A stretch of DNA of 41,294 nt, from NCBI GenBank assembly GCA_013239625.1, contig MU054323.1:12051815-12093108 (forward strand), read 5' to 3'. The number at the start of each line of letters is the position of its first letter. Positions within the stretch are counted from its first letter, which is position 1. Both the position numbers and the translations under genes were made by a program. This document shows, piece by piece, positions 11,931-20,846 of this stretch. The stretch comes from Lama guanicoe (taxonomy: Eukaryota). The notes under the pieces are model-generated. The model saw nothing but the letters and a program-made list of their open reading frames with translations. It had not been told where the DNA came from and did not search any database.

Positions 11931-12699
11931 TGTTTTATGTCAGGACATGTAAGACTCCTAGGAATTTCATGTAATCTCTGGAACACTTATAATGCATATT
12001 TACATGGACACTACATAAAGACTGAATCTTACTTTTTATTTGACAATGCTTCCCATGACAATGTGCCTAATTAGTTTAATACATCTGTTTTTATAAGGAG
12101 GGAGAAATATCTCAAAATTAATTTCAAACCAAAAGACTTCATTTAGGATTTGAATATAGGAAAGTTTTCCAAAAATACAAAAAGGTTTTTCAAATGTTTA
12201 GTCAAATAAGTCACTGTCAAAAAATGCTTAGTCATTCACTTAACCAAAGGGACAATATAAAATATTTCAAATGCAAATACAGAAAGACAACAGATTGCTC
12301 AAAGTGTAAAGAAACCTTTACAATCTGTTATCAAAACAAATCAATATTCCAAGAAAACTTTGTCATCCTAACTGAGAGAGAACCAAATTCTAGTTTTGCC
12401 GCACCTTACCTTTAATATTAAAATTTATTCACTCAGTTAAATTCAGTCTAATCTTAGCCAGTCCTGACTACACACAAAGCTCTTTTCTCACAAACCTCCC
12501 ACAACTTTCTATACCCAGATTAGTTTGTCTCTTATTTTCTTTCCCATTTAGAAATAACCAGATTCAGGACAAAATCATTTTCTTTTTACCTTAACAAAAT
12601 GCATTTCCATTTCTCATACCTTCTTTTACTGGAATCACACACCCTACTTTCCTTGCATACTGAAATGTTTCTCTTATTATTTCTAGTAGGTTAATTTAC

Positions 12700-12721
12700 A
12701 TATATATATATATATATATAT
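12700..12721 (+). repeat. (AT)n microsatellite inside the ERV
   Basis: ATATATATATATATATATATAT. Confidence 0.95.
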
Positions 12722-13799
12722 TACAATTTTTAACCCTTGAGCCTTAATCTCTAGCAAAACCCAAGAAGCAACAATTGCGAACTGCCATACTAGCATTTCC
12801 TGATTGGCAAACGTATATACAATATTCCATAACTTCAAGAAACATACATACACTCACAGCATACTTTCATTCCTCAATATGATATAAGACATGTGTGCAA
12901 TAAACCAAACATCTTTAGTTTTTCTCCAATAAAAGACAAAAGTAGGTTAACATAGACTTGCTTGGCAATTAATATTTCAGTATCTTATTATTAAAAATGA
13001 TCTAGACATTAAATAACTTCCCATCATTAAACTTAATTTAGCAAAACTCTAAAGTTTCAAGTAACAAAAAACCTGGAAAAAATATTTTTAAGTAGACATA
13101 CCATAAAACATAATTATTCTTAAGTAATCTACTTAAAAACCATTTATCTCTATTTTATTACTTATGAAAATATCATCATATCAAGTTAATTTTCTTGATG
13201 ACAAATCTTCTAACAGAGATAACATGAGTTTATTGACTTTCTGTAAAGCCAGGTACAATAAAAGTATTATTCTCATTGTTGATGACTCTAAAGACATGTC
13301 TGTATTAATTATACCAATAGCTTAAACTAACTTTAATACTGAACATTAATTTAATAACGAATATTTCCCAGATCAAATGAACCCAAAATTCCTTTGAGTG
13401 AGTTCCTATTTTATTTCTGAGAATTTATATAAGCATTTACTTGTTTAAGCCAATGAAATAGAGCTCTTTTACAAATTAATTTTGACAATACCATCCAAAG
13501 GTAGAGACATACCATGTCTATAATCAAACATAGACACACATATACCCAGATATACACAGATAGAGATCTAATAGTTTTCCTGCTTGAGTTTGAAAAGGCC
13601 TCTTTTCTCTTCTTCTTCTTTTTTTTTTAATTGTTGTTCTTTTTTGTCTGTTTGTTTTAAATTTTAGGTTCTACTGATTAAGCCAAGGCTATGGTCTCAG
13701 GTGATGTGGGCTATGTTTACATTTCAAGGACATGGTAAAAGTTAGAACTTTAAGCTTTCTCCAAGAAGTACTTTGTTCCCTCTGGGTCAGAATTTTGAA

Positions 13800-14007
13800 A
13801 AGATGTTTTATCAAGCCAGCTTTATTTTCCAGCTGCATACATAAAACCAGTTTCAGAATGTCAGAAGAGCCCTACCCTGGTCATGTTAGGGCCAGGTAAG
13901 TACTTCATAGTATTGGTTCAGTATCAACTTTCCATGAAGTCAGTCCGACTGCTAGTGGGTAGCTGCCCAGCTGGGAGCTGGGAGGCTTTAGAAGTGCTAT
14001 TTCCCAT
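13800..14007 (-). pseudogene. gag: gag matrix N-terminal stub
   Basis: ATG at 14007 gives MGNSTSKASQLPAGQLPTSSRTDFMES*..., with a myristoylation-type G2/S6 start. Later GSSDILKLVLCMQLENK resembles the GSF..L MA motif. No CA, NC, PR or RT recognised. Confidence 0.65.
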
Positions 14008-14729
14008 TTTCCTTTACTTTCATTTTATTTATAAGGTCTGAACAGTTTCTAAGGGCAGTGTAGTGGGTCAGAAGTGTGCTACCTGTGAGCTTAAGTTTAT
14101 CAAGGTGTCACCCTTGAGTTGGTCTAGCTTTTTCATGTCTCATCTTCTCCTGTAGTGGTCTAAAACCACTGTGGGGGATCAGAGCACTGAAAGACCATTT
14201 CTTACGTGTGCATCCCAGGAGAACTATAAATTACACGAAGTGTCATGATGGAGTTCCCTATGGGACCTTACTCATCACTATGATCAGTTCTCAGATGATT
14301 CCTCCAGGTTGCCTGAGAATGTCTCTAGGTTGGTAGGAACTAGCGCCCTTCTCTTGAGAGCTGAATGGATGCGATCTCTCATTTTGCTGTCAAATAGCTA
14401 CTTCATAATATATATACACAAATCTTTCCAATTTAAGCCAAATTTGAGAAAAAGGTCAGCCAACCCAGTTTACTCTAAAGTTCATTCTAGGCTTTTCCAG
14501 TCTAAGAATTCCCTCTAGGTCTCTGGGTAAGAAATCACCGAAAGGTCTCTGCCTAGGAAAGCACTCCAAAGTTTCTTCTAGGCTTTTCTTGCCTAGGATC
14601 TCCTCCTAGTTCCTTTTTATCTAGGAAATGCACTGATACTGCAATAAAATGCCAAGTCTTAAAATAACAACTAGAATAAAAGTCAAAGGAAGGTCAAACC
14701 TAAGATAAGGAGGTCCGTATATCAGAAGA

Positions 14730-14738
14730 ACTCACCAA
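14730..14738 (-). promoter_or_regulatory. Putative major splice donor of the ERV leader
   Basis: Minus strand TTG/GTGAGT about 115 nt downstream of the PBS, the usual position. Confidence 0.55.
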
Positions 14739-14850
14739 GGCACCAGAAGAATGTGGTGAAGCCGGGGTGGTGGTGCTCACGGGGTCTGTGCTTGGTACTG
14801 AGAGCTGGTCCATAGTAGACTCCAGGTGACCTCAGGTGGGTTTTTCAGAT

Positions 14851-14868
14851 ATCCTGCTGACTACACCG
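14851..14868 (-). promoter_or_regulatory. Primer-binding site complementary to tRNA-Ser
   Basis: Minus strand CGGTGTAGTCAGCAGGAT vs TGGCGTAGTCGGCAGGAT (complement of the tRNA-Ser 3' end): 15/18, two mismatches are CpG-decay type. Lies 5 nt from the 5' LTR end. Confidence 0.85.
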
Positions 14869-14873
14869 AGTAA

Positions 14874-15390
14874 TGTGAAAGAAAATCATCAATAATCAAT
14901 CTATAACAAGAATAGAAGAGAGTTTTATTTGAGCTAAACTGAGGACTATAGTCTGGGAGACAGCCTCCCAGATTGCTGTGAGAAACTGTTTCAGAGAAGC
15001 ATGGTTTTCAGCACAGGTTTATAATGTGTCAGAACAAAGAACATCAAACATGACAAGCGTACATTATTTCAAGGTTCCAAAGAAGACAGATCATCACGTA
15101 CACACATGTCTACGGCGAGGCAGTATGGCCCTGGGGCTTGGGAAAGGAGCCTCATCATTGAAGTAGTACTAGCGCTGGTGCCCCAGGAAGGGAGACATTT
15201 AATCTTTATCTCTAAAACAGATATTTTTACTTCTGGCCAATGGACCCTTCTCTTTATCAGTTAAAGCAGATGTACAATGTATGTCTAATAGTCAAAATAG
15301 GCTGTTCTAATTAGCACAAAGTTTAAGTTAAAAGATATATAAGCCAGAATGACTTCCCCGTACTTCAATATGTGAAAATTTCTTCCATCG
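14874..15390 (-). repeat. 5' LTR of the ERV
   Basis: Colinear with 8984-9499. Ends ...TTTCACA on the minus strand before the PBS. TATAAA at 15018-15023 and AATAAA at 14924-14929 (minus). Confidence 0.95.
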
Positions 15391-15549
15391 GTTTTATTGT
15401 CATGCCTAGGGAAAGGTGCTAATGGGATCTAATTAATAGAGGCCAAGGATGCTACTGAACATTTAACCTTACAGGTGCACGGGAGAGCTTTCTGCAAGGA
15501 ATAACTACCTGGTCTAAAACGTCAATAGAGCCACTACTAAGAAATCCTG
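15391..15549 (+). mobile_element. MER20, right part
   Basis: GGTGCTAATGGGATCTA...TAGAGGCCAAGGATGCTACTGAACAT...AAAACGTCAATAGAGCC...AGAAATCCTG matches the MER20 3' half, continuing where 8983 stops. Confidence 0.88.
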
Positions 15550-15769
15550 CCCTAAAAGGAGTAAGAAGAAAGGAGTTGGAAAGACGTAGAGGGGCTCAGC
15601 TTTGGGTGGTGTTCTGTAATGGGTTGATTGCCCAGACAGTGCCCACACCTCTGGGATTGAGAAGCTTTCCCTCTATTCACTGATCTACTCAGCTTTACCA
15701 GACCTCCACTTCCTCCCAGCCAGTCTCTAGCCAAAGTCTCAGAACACTTTGAAGGTAAAGGGGGAAGGC

Positions 15770-15975
15770 TGACTAAAGAGCTCAAGTTTGGGGTTAGGCA
15801 GACAAACCTGAATATTAGCCCTAACACTTCTGTGTGACTTATGGCAAAAATAACTCTTGGCTTCACTCTCATCTAGGAAGTGGGGATGACTATACCTACT
15901 CTGTAGGAATCCACTCTGGTGAGACTTAAATAGGGCAGAGGTAAGATGTGTTGTCCATAGTAAATACTCAATATG
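15770..15975 (+). mobile_element. MIR SINE
   Basis: TAAAGAGCTCAAGTTTGGGGTTAGGCAGAC...TGTGTGACTT...CTCATCTAGGAAGTGGGGAT...CATAGTAAATACTCAATA. Confidence 0.7.
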
Positions 15976-15977
15976 TA

Positions 15978-16213
15978 CAGTTGCCCCACAGTATCTGCGG
16001 GGGATTGGTTACAGGACTCCCGCAGATACCAAAATCTGCAGAAGCTCAAGTTCCTTATATAAAATGATATATAAAAGTACAGTGAATATAGTTGGCCCTT
16101 TACATCTGTATTTACAGTTTAGCATGCAGATTCAACTAATCCTGGATCTCACTTCCAGCCCTTGGTTGGTTGAATCTGCAGATTTGAAATCCGTGGATAC
16201 AGAGATCCAACTA
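15978..16213 (+). mobile_element. MER2-like TcMar-Tigger MITE with internal inverted end
   Basis: TA|CAGTTGCCCCACAGTATCTGCGGGGGATTGGTTACAGGAC...GATACCAAAATCTGCAGAAGCTCAAGTTCCTTATATAAAATG; ends TGGTTGGTTGAATCTGCAGA...GTGGATACAGAGATCCAACTA|TA. TA target duplication. Confidence 0.85.
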
Positions 16214-17389
16214 TAGAGATTGATTTACTTCCCACTCAGCCCCCTTCTCTTACTTGAAGATGAAATTCCAGTTACTATGGAACACTGAAAATGAAAGTGA
16301 AACACATTTTCAATAAGGGCTTATGCTGTCATTCAGATTTTATTTCTATAATAACTATAATAACTAGTTTATTTCTGTAATGCTGAGACTCAGCAAAACC
16401 TTTGACTTAGTATGATTACTTCTAATTCAGAAAAATATTTCTGACTATGTCCTTCTCTGCAATTTTCCAAGATGCTATAAATTAGGGGGACACAGACTAA
16501 AATAAATATCACCCTCCCTAAGCTGAAGATCTTCTGTATGTGCTTTCAACGTTGGGATGAATTCTTAAACTTGGGCTGAATAATGGAACTTCATGGTCTT
16601 GAAATAGGCCAACTACAACTTACATTACATTAATTTCCTCCATTTTCCTAAGGACTGTCTTGGTGTATAATATGCACTTCATTGGCTTGTGGGGTCCCAA
16701 AGTCCACAGGAAAACCCTGAGGCCTCCTGGATACAAGCCTCTTCTTCTTAGAATAACATTTTCAGGAAATCTTAAGAGATAAGAAGAGGGAAAATGCTGC
16801 CAAGAGCCAAGTCGTTATTTCTGGAAGAATGAGCTCTCCTGGGGCCCAGTGCTCCCTGCAAAAGGAAGAGTAATTCAGGAAAACCCTGGAGTGTTCCCTG
16901 AAGACTTGATCAGGGTTGGGTCGACAGCTATAAAGCCTTTACTGCCTTTGAGTTGATTCTCAAGTAGCTTGTGCCCTGGCAGACCACCAGATCCCTGCAG
17001 AAGTCTCACTACCAGCCTGTAACCTGCCTCTGCAGCCGTGCCTCTGGTCTGCTCACTCCTGCTCTTTGAATCCAGATGTGCCTTTTTGTCTATGCCCAAC
17101 AGGCATCTCCTGTCCATTTTCTTCACTTACAACAAACTGTACTTGAAAAGAAAAAAAATCACTTTTCTTTCAAAATATTCCTCTGTTCAGATTATTCTTT
17201 TTTTACTAAGTTATTGGCTTTTTAAAAAAATACTGGTTTCCCTCCTACATATGCCCATTCCAGATGAAAGGTCTTGCTATATTCTCAGAGCATCACTGCC
17301 CAGCACTCAAGTCCTCCCATGTTCTCCCAGATGTCTACATTACTAACCAGTCCTAATAATAGTTCTTGATGCCTGAATAACATTTCTTT

Positions 17390-17530
17390 TGCATAATGTG
17401 ATTTCTTTTGATCCTTATAAAATACCTGCAAGATGAGCAGGGAAATTATTATTATCTTCCCTTTCTAGACAAAGAAAATGGTGGTCAGATAGGTTGAGTT
17501 GTCAACTGTCATATAGTAAGCAAGTACCAG
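17390..17530 (-). mobile_element. MIR SINE
   Basis: TTTGATCCTTATAAAATACCTGCAAG...ATTATTATTATCTTCCCTTTCTAGACAAAGAAAATG...AGGTTGAG, reverse MIR core. Confidence 0.65.
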
Positions 17531-17689
17531 TTTCTACATATATCACCCACTACCCAGCATAGAAATCATCTCTTTGATGGTTCTTCACGAACTAGGAAGC
17601 ATGAAACCCAAGATTGTTAGGATAGCACTCCTGAGCCTTCTCAGCTGGGCTGAAATCCAGCCTTCTGGTCAGTGAAGTGTCTTTCTCTC

Positions 17690-17803
17690 ATGCCTGGATG
17701 GTGAACCCCTGAGACCAGGAGCAGAATTGTTTACAGCTATATAGCTGGTGCCCAGCATATGGCCAGGTATAGAAAAAGGATGAATACATTCTCATTGAAT
17801 TGA
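17690..17803 (+). mobile_element. L2 3' end
   Basis: GTGAACCCCTGAGACCAGG...TGTTTACAGCTATATAGCTGGTGCCCAGCATATGGCCAGGTATAG...TTGAATTGA. Confidence 0.6.
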
Positions 17804-18555
17804 GCCCACAATGCAGGGAATAAGTTGAGGTTTCAGAAATGTCTAAGCCTCTGCCTTTTACCAAATAATGGAACTTTCTTCCATCACATCATATATTCTT
17901 AGCACCATTTAATGTCCCTCACCAGCTTCTTTCCAACTAATCTTCTGTCGTTGATATTAGGTAACCAGCTAGTACTCTTCAGCATAAAGGCCACACTATT
18001 ATTACTATTACTACTGAGAAAATCAACCTTTTATTTCCTATATATGTCTGGGAAGTAGATCCTTTTATAATCAACAAGGTAGGATTGTCTAAAAGCGGAT
18101 ACAGAGTCAAAACTAAAAGCATCTGAACTTCAGCCTGGGCCAATACTTCAGACAAAAAGCTCGAAGAACAGAAAAGGCCCAGAAGCAAATTTAAATCCAC
18201 TTTATCTGTGTGCATCTATTATGTCTTTCAATATACTCTGTAATCTTACCATCAGTGTGACAATGACAACGTGGGCTTGTCTGGATACCAAGTCAGGTAT
18301 CTCTCCAGTCTGAGCTGCTCCAGCACAATTCAGGAAGGAGGGTCCTTACTACTTGGCTCACTCAAAGGATCAGTTCGCATATTCTCTGTAGACAGTATGG
18401 CTGGATGAGGACCATTGGGGAAAACTATTTCCACAATTGTTTGCAGCCCCTGTTCCCCTCCTCTGACTTATTTTTCTTATTATCTTCTGAAATCCTATAT
18501 AATGTGCTCACTTACATGGGTATTGTCTGTCTCCCTGCACCTAATAGAAGGTAAG

Positions 18556-18740
18556 TGTGGCAGACATGTCTACCTGCCCACCAAATATTCACGCCCTCCT
18601 CTAATGGAGAGTTTCTGCTGGGAAACCATTGCCAGCCAGAAGCGACATTTCCCAGCCCTACTTATTGTGGATAAAGCTATATTACTGAGTTCTGATTAAT
18701 GTAATATGGGTGACAGTGATATTCACAATGGCCAGGCTGT
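18556..18740 (+). mobile_element. Old MaLR LTR fragment (MLT1H/J-like)
   Basis: Starts TGTGGCAGAC; ACATTTCCCAGCCC...ACTGAGTTCTGATTAATG...GTGACAGTGAT motif. Confidence 0.65.
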
Positions 18741-18786
18741 CATTTTCTCTCCCACTGTCTACCCTTCTCTCTAGAGCCTTGAAGGC

Positions 18787-18889
18787 CAGTTGATCCTTGG
18801 CATTTGTGGATTAATATTTGGGATTTTAGCTGTTTGTGAATAATTCCAAAGTTTTATGACATAATATTTGCCATTTTTCCAAAGCATGA
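18787..18889 (+). mobile_element. Possible old Tigger-type DNA transposon, left part (continues after 20342)
   Basis: CAGTTGATCCTTGGCATTTGTGGATT resembles a Tigger TIR start. Family uncertain. Confidence 0.35.
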
Positions 18890-19426
18890 TTTTTTTTCTT
18901 GATATTGAAGAGAGTATCAATTCTTTTTTTTAATTGAAGTATTGTCAGTTTACAACATTGTGTCAATTTCCAGTGTACAGCGTAATGTTTCAGTCATACA
19001 TGAACACACATATATTTGTTTTCATGTTCTTTTTCATTATAGGTTACTACAAGATATTGAATATCATTCCCTGTGCTCTACAGTATAAACTTGTTGTTTA
19101 TCTATTTTATCTATTATTTAGTATTATCTGCAAATCTCGAACTCCCAATTTATCCCTTCCCACTTCTTCCCCTCCTGGTAACCATAAGTTTGTTTTCTAC
19201 ATCTGTGAGTCTGTTTCCATTTTGTAAATAAGTTTACTTGTGTCTTTTTTTTTAGATTCCACATATAAGTGATATTACGTGGTATTTTTCTTTCTCTTTC
19301 TGGCTTACTTCACTTAGAATGACATTCTCCAGGTCCACCCGTGTTGCAGCAAACGGCATTATTTTATTCTCTTTTGTGGCTGAGTAGTATTCCTTTGTGT
19401 GTGTGTGTATCTATATCTATATCTAC

Positions 19427-19458
<32 letters not shown>

Positions 19459-20341
19459 ATATATATATCTCATAACTTCTTTATCCAGTCATCTGTCAAT
19501 GGACATTTAGGTTGTTTCCATGTCTTGACTGGTATAAATAGTGCTGCTATGAACACTGGAGTGCATGTCTTTTCAAATTAGAGTTCCCCCAAGATATGTG
19601 CCCAAGAGTGGGATTGCTGGATCATATGGTAAGTCTATTTTTAGTTTTTTGAGGAATCCCCATACTGTTTTCCATAATGGTTGCACCAAACTACATTCCC
19701 ACCAATAGTGTAGGAGGGATCCCTTTTCTCCACACCATCTCCAGCAGTTATCGTGTGTGCATTCTTGCGTGTGTGTGAAGGCCATTCTGACTGGTGTGAG
19801 GTGATACCTCATTGTCGTTTTGATTTGCATTTCTCTGATAATTAGTGATATTGAGCATTTTTTCATGTTCCTATTAGCCATTTGAATGTCTTCATTGGAG
19901 AATTGCTTATTTAGTTCTTCTGCCCATTTTTGGATTGGGTTGTTTATTTTTTAATTAAGTTGTATGAGTTGTTTGTATATTCTAGAAACTAAGCCCTTGT
20001 CAGTCACATCATTTGTGAATATTTTCTCCCATTCTGTAGGTTATCTTTTTGTTTTGTTTATAGTTTCCTTTGCTGAGCAAAAGCTTATAAGTTTAATTAG
20101 GTCCCATTTGTTTATTTTTGTTTTTATTTCTATTGCTTGGGTAGACTGCCCTAGGAGAACAGTGCTAAGATTTATGTCAGAGAATGTTTGCCTATGTTTT
20201 CTTCTAAGAGGTTTATAGTGTCTTGTCTTATGTTTAAGTCTTTAAGCCATTTTGAGTTTACTTTTGTGTATGGTGAGTTGTGTATGGTTCTAACTTCACT
20301 GATTTACATGCAGCTATTCAGCTTCCCGAGCTCCACTTGTG
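18890..20341 (-). mobile_element. 5'-truncated lineage-specific L1 (ORF2 C-terminus + 3' UTR), probably camelid
   Basis: ORF 19573-19881 ([30 protein letters not shown]...[11 protein letters not shown]) is L1 ORF2 C-terminal sequence. 3' UTR TTAATTGAAGTATTGTCAGTTTACAA. TSD AAGCATGA(A)TTTT at 18882-18893 and 20342-20354, followed by AA (TTTT/AA endonuclease site). Confidence 0.95.
19396..19470 (+). repeat. Compound microsatellite (TG)n(TATC)n(TA)n inside the L1
   Basis: Directly visible. Confidence 0.95.
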
Positions 20342-20654
20342 AAGCATGAATTTTAATCTCACGAGCTCCAGTGCTGTATCCACATCACAGCACACTAAGC
20401 AATCCTCACTGAGAGATTTGAGATTTCTTACACTATTACCTTTATTTTAGTGCATTTTGTGATTATTGGGAAAATTAAGACATGCACATCTCCTCACTGA
20501 TCTAGCAAGTAACCTTAAGCTCTTCTAGGAGAGTATATATTTCTTACTATAAATGCTGCAATGGAAGGCCTCCAGTCCTGAGGCTAGTTTACTGGTCAAG
20601 GTTAAATCACCTCCATAGAGGAGACATTCTGAAGAGGACAAAGATTTATGAAGC

Positions 20655-20846
20655 TGCTAATAGTATTAGGTCCTAAGTTAGGGGTTCTATGTGGATCTCA
20701 CTTACTTTCTCCAATATCCGTAAAGATAGATGAACTTCGTTTTCTATGTGAAAAAGCTGTCTGGACTCAGAGAGGTTAAGTAATTCACATGGCTGGTAAG
20801 GGGAAACCAGGATTTGAACTGAAGTTCCTCTGATTCTAGAATCTTC
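20655..20846 (-). mobile_element. MIR SINE
   Basis: GGACTCAGAGAGGTTAAGTAATT...CACATGGCTGGTAAGGGGAAACCAGGATTTGAACT...TCTGATTCTAGAATC. Confidence 0.85.

Larger units (their letters stand above)
8984..15390 (-). mobile_element. Two-LTR endogenous retrovirus, internally deleted and non-autonomous, class I (MER4-group-like)
   Basis: Two ~516 bp direct repeats (8984-9499, 14874-15390); GTTTT on both sides (8979-8983, 15391-15395); PBS-Ser; PPT; gag, pol and env peptide remnants all on the minus strand in the correct order. Confidence 0.95.

Noticed and set aside
14472..14634. CRISPR-like repeat-spacer array
   Set aside because: Only two or three diverged units of uneven period within a retroviral leader in mammalian DNA; no cas genes.
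14851..14868. tRNA-Ser gene
   Set aside because: Only an 18-nt match to the tRNA 3' end next to an LTR, i.e. a primer-binding site; no cloverleaf or A/B boxes.
19573..19881. 102-aa ORF as a host gene
   Set aside because: It is a disrupted L1 ORF2 C-terminal fragment inside the truncated L1.
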